Positions 15,720-24,108 of a stretch of 32,000 nucleotides of DNA are shown here, one piece after another (position 1 is the stretch's first letter; every line of letters starts with the position of its first letter). The stretch is from Pseudomonas aeruginosa (GTDB taxonomy: Bacteria > Pseudomonadota > Gammaproteobacteria > Pseudomonadales > Pseudomonadaceae). The stretch is from NCBI RefSeq assembly GCF_001457615.1, contig NZ_LN831024.1, forward strand, positions 1,830,001 to 1,862,000, given 5' to 3'. The notes under the pieces are model-generated. The model did not search any database. It was given only the letters and a program-made list of their open reading frames with translations, and was not told where the DNA came from. Position numbers and translations under genes: made by a program.

Positions 15720-15721
15720 CC

Positions 15722-16087
15722 TTGAGTGTGCTGATCAGCCGTAAACACTGGGATAGCCTGCTGCTGGAAATCGAGGATGCGCGTCGCCAGCGTCATCTGC
15801 TCACCTACCGGGCGCTGATCGAGCGCCTGCAACTGCCGACTCCGGCGATGACCACCCTCACCGCGGCTCTCGAGCACCTGGCATCGCTGGATGCGCGCTC
15901 GGGGCGTCCGTTGCGCAGTTCGCTGGTCATCAGCCAGGGCGCAAGCCGCTTGCCGCGCACCGGTTTCTTCGAGTGCGTGGAGCGCCTCGGGCGTTTTTCC
16001 GGTCCGCCGGACGGCCCGGCCGCGGCTGGCTGGCATGCGGCGGAAGTGGTCCGTGTCTTCGAATTCGAGTATCCCGATGAACTCTGA
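15722..16087 (+). CDS. Hypothetical protein (~121 aa), possibly a winged-helix fold
   Basis: The reading frame is part of ORF 15392..16087. GC3 is about 80% from TTG 15722 (GGGGG 8 nt upstream; GTG 15728 is an alternative). The start lies 2 nt after the XRE gene stop, and the 3' end overlaps the next gene by 11 nt. I recognise no family. Confidence 0.6.
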   Translation: MSVLISRKHWDSLLLEIEDARRQRHLLTYRALIERLQLPTPAMTTLTAALEHLASLDARSGRPLRSSLVISQGASRLPRTGFFECVERLGRFSGPPDGPAAAGWHAAEVVRVFEFEYPDEL

Positions 16088-16556
16088 ATGGATCTGGCGC
16101 CTGCGCGCCCGCCTCGGTTACGGCGTGGCCCGGCAGTTGCTGGGCTGGCCCTGGCTGGTCAAGCAGCCGCGAGCCTGGCAGTGGATGCAAGGGCAGTTCT
16201 CGCCCATGGCCAACCTCGGACACCGCGACGCCCAGGCGTTCTACGGTCACCTGCTGCTGTTCCGTGGACAGGGCTTCGGCGCACGCGAGGAGGGCCTGCG
16301 CCTGCTGCGCCTGGCTGCCAGCGCGGGCGATGGGAAATCGGCCTACCAGCTCGGCGTGCAGGCGCTCAAGGGCGACAGCCGGCAAGCGCCCGACGCGCTG
16401 GCAGCCAGCCGCCACTGGGCACTAGCGGCAGAGGCGGGCCACCCGCTGGCGGCGCGCAAGCTGGCGGAACTCTACCGCGATGGAGGCCCGGGCCTGGCGC
16501 CGGACAGCGAGCGCGCCGAGCACTATGCGCAACGGGCGTCCGCGCTCGGTCTCTAG
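16077..16556 (+). CDS. Sel1-like (TPR-related) repeat protein
   Basis: Inside ORF 15891..16556. ATG 16077 (MNSEWIWRLRARLGYG...) overlaps the upstream stop. Repeats are of the type AQAFYGHLLLFRGQGFGAREEGLRLLRLAASAGDGKSAYQLG, ...ASRHWALAAEAGHPLAARKLAELYRDG, and ..SERAEHYAQRASALG. GC3 is high. Confidence 0.75.
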   Translation: MNSEWIWRLRARLGYGVARQLLGWPWLVKQPRAWQWMQGQFSPMANLGHRDAQAFYGHLLLFRGQGFGAREEGLRLLRLAASAGDGKSAYQLGVQALKGDSRQAPDALAASRHWALAAEAGHPLAARKLAELYRDGGPGLAPDSERAEHYAQRASALGL

Positions 16557-16569
16557 CTGAACGAACGGT

Positions 16570-18318
16570 TCAGGCGGCCTCGATCAGGTGCAGGCTGTAG
16601 CCTGGCACCGCCTTGGCCTGGCGCTTGGCCTCGGAGGCCAGCGTCGCCAGGTGCGCGGCATCCATTCCCTGGCAGGCTTCGGCCGGTAGGTGCACCACGC
16701 CGACGGACAATGACAGCAGCGGGTACTCCTCGCGCTGGCCATGGCGGTTGTGCGCAACGAAACAGCCGGCTTCCAGGTGCTCGCGGCTGTAGAAGCGCCG
16801 GCATTGGCTCTGGAAGGTTTCCAGCAACCGGTCGATCCGTGTGCGCCAGTCCTCGGGGCCGAGCACCAGCATGAAGTCGTCGCCGCCGATGTGGCCGACG
16901 AAGTCGCTGCCCGGGTCGATCCGTTCGCTCAGGCACTGTGCCAGGCACAGCAGGACCTCGTCGCCGCGGGCGTAGCCGTAGAGATCGTTGAAGGGTTTGA
17001 AGCTGTCGACGTCGATGTAGCAGATCACCGCCTCGCGCCTTTGTTGCAGCAGGCGTTCGAGGCATTGCTGAATCGGCACGTTGCCGGGAAGCAAGGTGAG
17101 CGGATTGGCGTGCCGCGCCTGCTGGAGCTTTTCCTCGGTGATCAGCCTGAGCACGTCGATCACCCGGCCCATGCCCGCATAGTGCCCGCCGCGGGTGACG
17201 ATGAAATCTTCCTCGATACGCTGGCGTGCGCGGCTGGTCAGCAGGCGGCTGACCTGCTGCAGGGTCTGGCCGAGTTCCACGGCGAGAAAATCGTCGCTCA
17301 TCAGGCGGCTGATCGGCTTGCGCAGGAACAGGTCGCAGGCGAAGGGCCGGAGCAAGGCGTCGGTGAGCGCGTGGCGATGGACGATGCCGATGGGACGCCC
17401 TTCTTCGTCGAGGATCGCCAGGGAGTTCTGGTTGGCCTGGCGGCGGAAGATTTCCACCACTTCCTGGGTCGAGGTGCGAACGTCGACCGCGCGCTGTTCC
17501 AGCAGCAGCGCACGCAGGTCGCCGTGCTCGTCGCTGGAAGACTGGCTGGGGGCGTCAGCGCTGGGCAGCATCTGTTGTACGTCGCTCGCCGGGTGTTCCT
17601 GCGGGCGGCCGAACAGATAGCCTTGCACCAGGTCGACCCCCATCTCGCTAAGTACCGCGAGTTCCTCGGGCAGTTCGATGCCTTCGGCGATGACCTGGGC
17701 GCGAGAGGCCCGCGCCATCTTCAGGATGGAGCCGACGAACTCGCGTTTCACGGTGTCCAGGTGGATGCCGTCGACGAAGTGGCGGTCGATCTTCACGTAG
17801 TCCGGACGCAGTTCCGACCACAGGCGCAGGCTGGAGTAGCCAGCGCCGAGGTCGTCGAGGGCGATGGAGAAGCCCATGGCGCGATAGTGGTGCAGCGCGG
17901 TGTCGAGCAGGTCGAAGTCGTCGATGGGGGTCTGTTCGGTCAGTTCGATCACCACCCGGTTCGGCGAGATCCCCAGCTGTTGCAGCAATTGCAGGGTGCG
18001 GCCGGGCGGATGGCCGGCTTCGAGGAGGGACTCCGGGGAGACGTTGAGGAACAGCATGGCGTCGCCCTGGATGTCGCGGAAGCGGCTGAAGGCGCGTTGT
18101 CGGCAGAGTAGTTCCAGTTCGCTCAGCCGTCCGCATTGGCGGGCCACGGCGAACAACGCCAGGGGCGAGTGCAGCGGGCTGTTGGACGGACCGCGGGTCA
18201 GCGCTTCGTAGCCGACCAGGCGCCGTTCGGAAAGCGAGAGGATGGGCTGGAACAGGCAGTGCAGGTCGCCGTGGGCCAGGATGCTGTCCAGGGCGCTCAA
18301 CTGCTCGGTGACGGTCAT
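16570..18318 (-). CDS. Cyclic-di-GMP signalling protein with EAL (N-terminal), tandem CBS, and GGDEF-like (C-terminal, GGDDF) domains
   Basis: Inside ORF 16570..18375; ATG 18318 gives MTVTEQLSALDSIL.... All EAL catalytic blocks are present: YEALTRG, NVSP, ELTE, DDLGAGYSSL, KID, EGIE, QGYLFGRP. Two CBS motifs follow. The C-terminal domain has NPLTLLPGN...DVDSFKPFNDLYGYARGDEVL...HIGGDDFMLVL. Confidence 0.9.
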   Translation of the reverse strand: MTVTEQLSALDSILAHGDLHCLFQPILSLSERRLVGYEALTRGPSNSPLHSPLALFAVARQCGRLSELELLCRQRAFSRFRDIQGDAMLFLNVSPESLLEAGHPPGRTLQLLQQLGISPNRVVIELTEQTPIDDFDLLDTALHHYRAMGFSIALDDLGAGYSSLRLWSELRPDYVKIDRHFVDGIHLDTVKREFVGSILKMARASRAQVIAEGIELPEELAVLSEMGVDLVQGYLFGRPQEHPASDVQQMLPSADAPSQSSSDEHGDLRALLLEQRAVDVRTSTQEVVEIFRRQANQNSLAILDEEGRPIGIVHRHALTDALLRPFACDLFLRKPISRLMSDDFLAVELGQTLQQVSRLLTSRARQRIEEDFIVTRGGHYAGMGRVIDVLRLITEEKLQQARHANPLTLLPGNVPIQQCLERLLQQRREAVICYIDVDSFKPFNDLYGYARGDEVLLCLAQCLSERIDPGSDFVGHIGGDDFMLVLGPEDWRTRIDRLLETFQSQCRRFYSREHLEAGCFVAHNRHGQREEYPLLSLSVGVVHLPAEACQGMDAAHLATLASEAKRQAKAVPGYSLHLIEAA

Positions 18319-18338
18319 GGAACGCTCTCGTCGCAATG

Positions 18339-18366
18339 AAAAAGGGCCGGTTGTGCAACCGGCCCC
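18339..18366 (-). terminator. Rho-independent terminator after prc
   Basis: Minus strand: GGGCCGGTT-GCAC-AACCGGCCC followed by TTTTT. It starts about 48 nt after the prc stop and ends only about 20 nt before the EAL-gene ATG. Confidence 0.75.
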
Positions 18367-18413
18367 GTATTTCACGACAGTCCCATGACTGTTTTATGAC
18401 GCTCCCGCTGAAC

Positions 18414-20543
18414 TCAGTGCTTGGCCACCGCCGAGTTGAGGTTCAGGTAGTCCAGCAGGATGTGCCCGGACTCGGTGAGGTAGGCGTCGTCCTGCGGCTT
18501 GGTCTTGTCGTCCTCTTCCGGCAGGGCGTTCTCGTCCTCGCGCTTGAGTTCCTTCAGCGGCTCCTGGCCCTTGGACTTGCGCAGGGCGTTCTCCATGGCC
18601 AACTGGCGGTTCTCGATGCTGGTCTGCTGGGCGCGGCGCTTGGCCTCGTTCAGGCTGACGGTCTTCTCCTTCATCAGCTCCTGGGCCAGCGCCAGGCGCT
18701 CGCGGGCGTAGACGAAGTCGGCGTTGTTCTCGGTGCGCGCGTCGTGCTGGGCCTTGAGTTGCGCGAGGAACGGCTTGAACGGGTTGGCCTCGTCCTTCAC
18801 CACCGGGCGGATGGTGTCCCAGGGCATCGAGTCGGGCAGGGCGCTTTCGCCGATTTCCTTGTCGTCGACGATGGACGGGTAGCTGATGTCCGGGATCACG
18901 CCCTGGTGCTGGGTGCTCTGACCGGAGACTCGGTAGAACTTCGCCAGGGTCAGCTTCAGTTCGCCGTGGTTGAGCGGCTGGATGGTCTGCACGGTGCCCT
19001 TGCCGAAGGTCTGTCCACCGAGGATCAGCGCGCGGTGGTAGTCCTGCATGGCGCCGGCGAAGATCTCCGAGGCGGAGGCCGAGAGACGGTTGACCAGTAC
19101 CGCCAGCGGGCCGGTATAGAAGGCCTTGCCTTCGTCGTCGTTGAGCACGTCGACGCGGCCGTCGCTGTTGCGCACCAGTACGGTCGGGCCCTGGTCGATG
19201 AACAGGCCGGTCAGCTCGGTGGCCTCCTGCAGGGAGCCGCCGCCGTTGTTGCGCAGGTCGAGGACGATGCCGTCGACCTTGTCCTTCTGCAATTCGGCGA
19301 CCAGCTTCTTCACGTCGCGGGTGGTGCTCTTGTAGTTCGGGTCGCCGGCGCGGTAGGCCTTGAAGTCCAGGTAGAAGGCCGGCAGGTCGATCACGCCGAG
19401 CTTGTAGCTGCGGCCTTCGTGGTCGACCTTGATGATGGATTTCTTCGCCGCCTGGTCCTCCAGCTTCACCGCCTCGCGGGTGATGGCGACGATCTTGCTG
19501 GTCTGGTCGTTCGGCGCGTTGCTCGCCGGAATCACTTCCAGGCGTACCTGGGAACCTTTCGGCCCGCGGATCAGCTTGACCACTTCATCCAGGCGCCAGC
19601 CGACCACGTCGACCATTTCGCCCTTGCCCTGGGCGACGCCGATGATCTTGTCGGAGGTGGCGATCTGCTTGCTCTTCGCCGCCGGGCCGGCCGGCACCAG
19701 GCGTACGACCTTGACGTAGTCGTTGTCGCTCTGCAGCACCGCGCCGATGCCTTCCAGCGAGAGGCTCATGTTGATGTCGAAGTTTTCCGCGTTGTCCGGC
19801 GACAGGTACTGGGTGTGCGGATCGTAGGACTGGGCGAAGGCGTTGATGTAGGCCTGGAAGATGTCTTCGCTGCGGGTCTGCTTGAGGCGCGACAGCTGGT
19901 TCTTGTAGCGCTTGGTGAGCTGTTCCTGGATCGCCTTGTCGTCCTTGCCGGTGATCTTCAGGCGCAGGACCTCGTCCTTCACCTTCTTGCGCCAGAGGTC
20001 GTCGAGCTCTGCGGTGTCCTTCGCCCAGGGGGCTTTTTCGCGGTCGATCAGCAGGCTCTCGTCGACGCTGAAGTCGATCTTGTCGACGCCCTTGTCGAGC
20101 ATCGCCAGGGCGTAGTCGAGCCGACCTTTCAGGCGGTCGAGGTGGCGCTTGTAGATGACGAAGCCGGGATCGAGGTCGCCGCTCTTGAGGAAGTCGTCGA
20201 ACCTGTTGCGCCAGCGATCGAACTCGGCGATGTCGCCGGCGGTGAAGTACATCCGCGCCGGATCGAGCATCTTCAGGTAGCTGTCGTAGATCTTGGCCGA
20301 GCGTTCATCGTTCAGCGGCGGCTTGTTGTAGTGGTGCCGCTTGAGCAGTTCCACCACGTTGAGGCTGGCGATGACCTGCTCGCGGTCCGGCTGCAGGCTG
20401 TCCCAGGAATTCTGGGCGCTGCCGACGGAGACGGCGGTCGAGGCGAACAGCGGCAGCGAACTGGCGCCGAGGAGGAGCAACAGGGCGGTACGGGGCAGAA
20501 AACGCTTCATGCTGATTCGACTGATCGCGGAGTAATGACGCAT
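18414..20543 (-). CDS. prc: Tail-specific (C-terminal processing) periplasmic protease, S41 family
   Basis: This is the C-terminal ~700 aa of ORF 18414..21362. It has the signal peptide MKRFLPRTALLLLLGASSLPLFA, a PDZ region, the S41 catalytic blocks LVNRLSASASEIFAGA and GGQTFGKGTVQ, and a charged C-terminal tail. ATG 20543 has AAGG 6 nt upstream; ATG 20510 (MKRF...) is the alternative. Everything upstream of 20543 is shadow overlap with the + strand oxidoreductase gene. Confidence 0.92.
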   Translation of the reverse strand: MRHYSAISRISMKRFLPRTALLLLLGASSLPLFASTAVSVGSAQNSWDSLQPDREQVIASLNVVELLKRHHYNKPPLNDERSAKIYDSYLKMLDPARMYFTAGDIAEFDRWRNRFDDFLKSGDLDPGFVIYKRHLDRLKGRLDYALAMLDKGVDKIDFSVDESLLIDREKAPWAKDTAELDDLWRKKVKDEVLRLKITGKDDKAIQEQLTKRYKNQLSRLKQTRSEDIFQAYINAFAQSYDPHTQYLSPDNAENFDINMSLSLEGIGAVLQSDNDYVKVVRLVPAGPAAKSKQIATSDKIIGVAQGKGEMVDVVGWRLDEVVKLIRGPKGSQVRLEVIPASNAPNDQTSKIVAITREAVKLEDQAAKKSIIKVDHEGRSYKLGVIDLPAFYLDFKAYRAGDPNYKSTTRDVKKLVAELQKDKVDGIVLDLRNNGGGSLQEATELTGLFIDQGPTVLVRNSDGRVDVLNDDEGKAFYTGPLAVLVNRLSASASEIFAGAMQDYHRALILGGQTFGKGTVQTIQPLNHGELKLTLAKFYRVSGQSTQHQGVIPDISYPSIVDDKEIGESALPDSMPWDTIRPVVKDEANPFKPFLAQLKAQHDARTENNADFVYARERLALAQELMKEKTVSLNEAKRRAQQTSIENRQLAMENALRKSKGQEPLKELKREDENALPEEDDKTKPQDDAYLTESGHILLDYLNLNSAVAKH

Positions 20544-20639
20544 ATTAGGCCTTATTAGCCGGCGCCGGGTTCCCTTGGCGCAATGCAAAAAGCCCGACTC
20601 TGGGTGATCGGGCCGTGACAACCCCACTATGGAGGCAGC

Positions 20640-21602
20640 GTGAACGCATTGCAAGGTATCGAAGGTCGTGTCGAGTGGTCGGAAATCGCCGCCCCGTCCT
20701 GCGGTCAGGGCGAAATCCGCATCCGCGTGGCGGCCGCCGGACTCAACCGCGCCGACCTGTTGCAGAAGGCCGGGCTCTACCCGCCGCCACCCGGCGCCAG
20801 CCCGGCGCTGGGGCTCGAGTGTGCGGGTGTGGTCAGCGAGGTGGGCGCGGGCAGCACCTGGCAGGTCGGCGACCGGGTCTGCGCGCTGCTCGCCGGCGGC
20901 GGCATGGCCGAGGAAGTGGTGGTGGACGCGCGCCACGTACTGCCGGTCCCGGCAGGGCTGAGCCTGGCGGAGGCGGCGGGGATTCCGGAGGTCTACGCCA
21001 CGGCCTGGCTGAACCTGTTCCAGTTGGCGGCGTTGCAGCCCGGCGAGAAAGTGCTGCTGCACGCCGGCGCCAGCGGCGTCGGTTCGGCCGGCATCCAATT
21101 GTGCAAGGCGTTCGGCAACCCCTGCTGGGTCAGCGTCGGTTCCGCCGAACGCCTGGCCTACTGCGAATCCCTGGGCGCCGCCGGCGGCGTGCTGCGCAAG
21201 CAGAGCCTGGAATCGCTGCGCGATTTCGCCCCGTTCGACGTGATCCTCGATCCGGTCGGCGCCCGCTATGCCGGGTTGAACCTGGAGTTGCTGCGGCGCG
21301 ACGGGCGCTGGGTGATCATCGGCCTGATGGGCGGCCGCGAGGCGCAACTGGACCTGGCTCAACTGCTAGGCAAACGCATCCAGTTGACCGGCTCGACCCT
21401 GCGTACCCGTGATGCCGAGTTCAAGGCGCAGTTGATCGCCGAACTGGGGTTGAAGGTCTGGCCATTGTTCTCCGCCGGGAAACTCCGCGCGCAGCTGGAG
21501 CGAACCTTCCCGATCGTCGACGCCGAGGCGGCGTTCGAGGCGTTGGCGAGCAACCAGGTGCAGGGCAAGGTCGTGCTGGTGGTGGACCCGTCGCTGGCCT
21601 GA
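20640..21602 (+). CDS. NAD(P)H:quinone oxidoreductase, zinc-independent MDR (Qor/zeta-crystallin) family
   Basis: 320-aa ORF with a GTG start and GGAGG 4 nt upstream. It has a GroES-like N-terminus (GLNRADLLQKAGLYPPPPGASPALGLECAGVV) and the Rossmann motif HAGASGVGSAGIQL. Confidence 0.9.
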   Translation: MNALQGIEGRVEWSEIAAPSCGQGEIRIRVAAAGLNRADLLQKAGLYPPPPGASPALGLECAGVVSEVGAGSTWQVGDRVCALLAGGGMAEEVVVDARHVLPVPAGLSLAEAAGIPEVYATAWLNLFQLAALQPGEKVLLHAGASGVGSAGIQLCKAFGNPCWVSVGSAERLAYCESLGAAGGVLRKQSLESLRDFAPFDVILDPVGARYAGLNLELLRRDGRWVIIGLMGGREAQLDLAQLLGKRIQLTGSTLRTRDAEFKAQLIAELGLKVWPLFSAGKLRAQLERTFPIVDAEAAFEALASNQVQGKVVLVVDPSLA

Positions 21603-21625
21603 AGGGCCGCTTCGGCGAGGCGATG

Positions 21626-21650
21626 GAAAGCGCGATCCGCTCGCGCTTTC
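21626..21650. terminator. Hairpin between the convergent oxidoreductase and HAD genes
   Basis: GAAAGCGCGA-TCCGC-TCGCGCTTTC, a 10-bp perfect stem with short flanking A/T runs. Confidence 0.55.
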
Positions 21651-21662
21651 GCAGCGAGCCTG

Positions 21663-22313
21663 TCAGCGCCAGGCGTTGACCGGCCAGCCCATTTCCTTGG
21701 CGTAGGCGAGCAGGGTCGGGTCCGGATTGACCGTGTTCGGATGGCCGACCAGCTTCAGCAGCGGCAGGTCGTTGCGCGAGTCCGAATAGAACCAGGCGTC
21801 GGCCAGTTGGCGATCGTCTCCTTCCAGCAGGTCGAGCAGACGCAATACCTTGCCTTCGCGATAGGTGAGGGTGCCGAGGGTGCGGCCGGTGTAGTGTCCG
21901 TCGAGCACTTCGAGATCGATGGCGAGGACTTCGTCGACGCCGATCCGCGCCGCGATCGGCTTGACCAGGTGCACCCCGGATGCGGAGACGATCAGCACCC
22001 GGTCGTTGGCGCTGCGGTGGCGCGCCAGGCAGGCGCAGGCGTCGCTGTAGATCAGCGGCTCGATGACCTCCTCGACGTAGGCCTCCACTTCCCGCTCGAC
22101 TTCCTCGACGCTGCGACCGATCAGCGGTTGCAGGGTGTAGTCCATGTACAGGTCCATGGACAGCTTGCCTTCGGCGTACTGCTCCATCAGTTCGGCGTCG
22201 CGGCGGACGAAGGATTCGTCGACCCAGCCGAGACTCGCCATGCGCTGGCTCCACAGGCTGGAGCAGTCGCCGTGGATCATGGTCTCGTCCAGGTCGAAGA
22301 TCACCAGGCTCAT
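21663..22313 (-). CDS. HAD-superfamily subfamily IB hydrolase (SerB-like phosphatase), last gene of the ABC operon
   Basis: ORF 21663..22316. ATG 22313 gives MSLVIFDLDETMIHGD (HAD motif I DxDxT). Motif II is VSAS and motif IV is YSDSRNDLPLL. Its ATG overlaps the TGA of the upstream ATPase gene (TGATG). Confidence 0.88.
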   Translation of the reverse strand: MSLVIFDLDETMIHGDCSSLWSQRMASLGWVDESFVRRDAELMEQYAEGKLSMDLYMDYTLQPLIGRSVEEVEREVEAYVEEVIEPLIYSDACACLARHRSANDRVLIVSASGVHLVKPIAARIGVDEVLAIDLEVLDGHYTGRTLGTLTYREGKVLRLLDLLEGDDRQLADAWFYSDSRNDLPLLKLVGHPNTVNPDPTLLAYAKEMGWPVNAWR

Positions 22314-23308
22314 CAAGCTACCTCTCGAATACTGTTGCGATCGATGACCAGCGTCAGCTGACTGCCGGCCGGATACAGGCGGTCTGCGCTGCGGTTGAGG
22401 ACGTCGACGGTGAGCTCCACCCCGGCGGCCTCGACGCGGTAACGGATCACGTTGCCGAGCAGACTGTGCGAGCGTACCAGCGCCGGCACGCCTTCGCTCG
22501 GTTCGTTGCCCAGGCGCAGGGATTCCGGGCGGATCGCCACCTGTTGCGCGCAGGGCTGGCCGAGCAGGCGGCTGGCCTGTTCGGCGTCGAGCAGGTTGTA
22601 GTTGCCGATGAAGCCGGCGGCGAAGGCGTTTTCCGGCGCGGTGTAGAGGGTCTCCGCGTCGCCGCTCTGGACGATGCGTCCGGCGTTCATCAGGACGATG
22701 CGGTCGGACAGGGTCAGCGCTTCCTCCTGGTCATGGGTGACGAACACCGTGGTCAGCCCCAGCTCCTGCTGGATGCGGCGGATCTGTTCGCGCAGGTGCT
22801 TGCGGATGCGCGCGTCGAGGGCCGACAGCGGCTCGTCGAGCAGCAGCAGGCGCGGGCGCGTCACCAGCGAGCGGGCCAGCGCCACGCGCTGGCACTGGCC
22901 GCCGGAGAGTTGGTGCGGGTAGCGTGCGGCGTACTCGCCCAGTTCCACCAGTTCGATGGCTTCGGCGACCCGCTGCTTCAGTTCCGTCGCAGGCACCTTC
23001 TGCATGCGCAGGCCGAAGGCGACGTTCTGTTGCACGGTCATGTTGGGGAACAGCGCGTAGCTCTGGAACACCATGGCGATCCCGCGCTTCTGCGGCGGCA
23101 AAGGCACCACATCCTCGCCGTCGATGAGGATGCGCCCGCTGTCGACCTCGGTCAGCCCGGCGATGCAGCGCAGCAGGGTGGACTTGCCGCAGCCGCTGGG
23201 GCCGAGCAGGGTGACGAACTCGCCGCGGGCGGCGGCGAAGTCGATATCGCGGAAGATGCTGGTGGCACCGTAGCTCTTGTCGAGCTGTTCGACGCTGACG
23301 AACGACAT
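22313..23308 (-). CDS. ABC transporter ATP-binding protein (PotA/CysA/Fbp-type importer ATPase with a C-terminal regulatory TOBE-like domain)
   Basis: Inside ORF 22313..23992. ATG 23308 gives MSFVSVEQLDKSYG.... It has Walker A GPSGCGKST, the signature LSGGQCQRVALAR, and Walker B LLLLDEP. Confidence 0.93.
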   Translation of the reverse strand: MSFVSVEQLDKSYGATSIFRDIDFAAARGEFVTLLGPSGCGKSTLLRCIAGLTEVDSGRILIDGEDVVPLPPQKRGIAMVFQSYALFPNMTVQQNVAFGLRMQKVPATELKQRVAEAIELVELGEYAARYPHQLSGGQCQRVALARSLVTRPRLLLLDEPLSALDARIRKHLREQIRRIQQELGLTTVFVTHDQEEALTLSDRIVLMNAGRIVQSGDAETLYTAPENAFAAGFIGNYNLLDAEQASRLLGQPCAQQVAIRPESLRLGNEPSEGVPALVRSHSLLGNVIRYRVEAAGVELTVDVLNRSADRLYPAGSQLTLVIDRNSIREVA

Positions 23309-23310
23309 GA

Positions 23311-24108
23311 TCAGGCCTTGTCCTTGTTCAGTCGGTTGGCCGCCCAGGTCAGGACCAGGACGAACACGAAGTAGGAGACCACCACTGCGCTGGTGTAGTG
23401 GCCGCTGCTGTTGCGCATGTTGTTGAGGAACACCTGCAGGGTCTCGTAGCGGGTACCGACCAGCAGGTTGGCGAAGACGAATTCGCCGATGAGGAAGGAG
23501 AACGACAGCAGCAGGGCCACCATCACGCCCTTGCGCAGGTTCGGCAGCACGACCAGCAGCGCCGCCTTCCAGGTGCTGGCGCCGAGCAGGTGGGCGGCGT
23601 CCATCAGGTCGCGCAGGTTGATCGCCTGCAGGTTGTTGGTGATCGCCCGGTACATGAACGGCAGGGCGATGGTGAAGTAGCAGCCGACCAGCACCCAGGG
23701 CGTGCCGATCATTTCCAGCGGCCCGCTGGCATAGAGTTGCAGCAGGCCCACCGAGGAGACGATCGGCGGCACCGCGAAGGGCAGCAGGATGAGCACGTTC
23801 ATTACGCCGTCCAGGCGCGGGAAGTGGTAGTGGATGACGAACATCAGCGGCAGGATCAGCAACACGCTGAACGCCAGGGCGCCGAAGCAGACCAGCAGCG
23901 AGCGGGCGAAGGCCAGCAGGAAGCGCTGGTCGCTCCACAGCGTCAGGTACCACTTCAGGGTCAGGCCGTCCGGCAGCAGGGTCGCCGACCACTGGGTGGC
24001 CAGCGAGTAGAGCAGGGTCGCCGCCAGCGGCAGGACCAGGATCAGGAACAGCGCGCAGACCACCAGGCGATGGTAGAGCGCGGCAGGACGTCGATCAGCG
24101 CGCGACAT
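23311..24108 (-). CDS. ABC transporter permease (binding-protein-dependent inner membrane component)
   Basis: 265-aa ORF with 6 predicted TM segments and an EAA-like loop DLMDAAHLLGASTWKAALLVVLP. Confidence 0.9.
   Translation of the reverse strand: MSRADRRPAALYHRLVVCALFLILVLPLAATLLYSLATQWSATLLPDGLTLKWYLTLWSDQRFLLAFARSLLVCFGALAFSVLLILPLMFVIHYHFPRLDGVMNVLILLPFAVPPIVSSVGLLQLYASGPLEMIGTPWVLVGCYFTIALPFMYRAITNNLQAINLRDLMDAAHLLGASTWKAALLVVLPNLRKGVMVALLLSFSFLIGEFVFANLLVGTRYETLQVFLNNMRNSSGHYTSAVVVSYFVFVLVLTWAANRLNKDKA

Noticed and set aside
18336-20558. 740-aa ORF on the + strand
   Set aside because: It is antisense to prc, whose S41 protease motifs are unambiguous, and it begins inside the prc terminator hairpin.
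20544-21362. N-terminal 270-aa extension of the prc ORF (982 aa in the track)
   Set aside because: The extension overlaps the + strand oxidoreductase gene in antisense, has shadow composition, and precedes a clear signal peptide (MKRFLPRTALLLLLGASSLPLFA). The true start is at 20543 or 20510.
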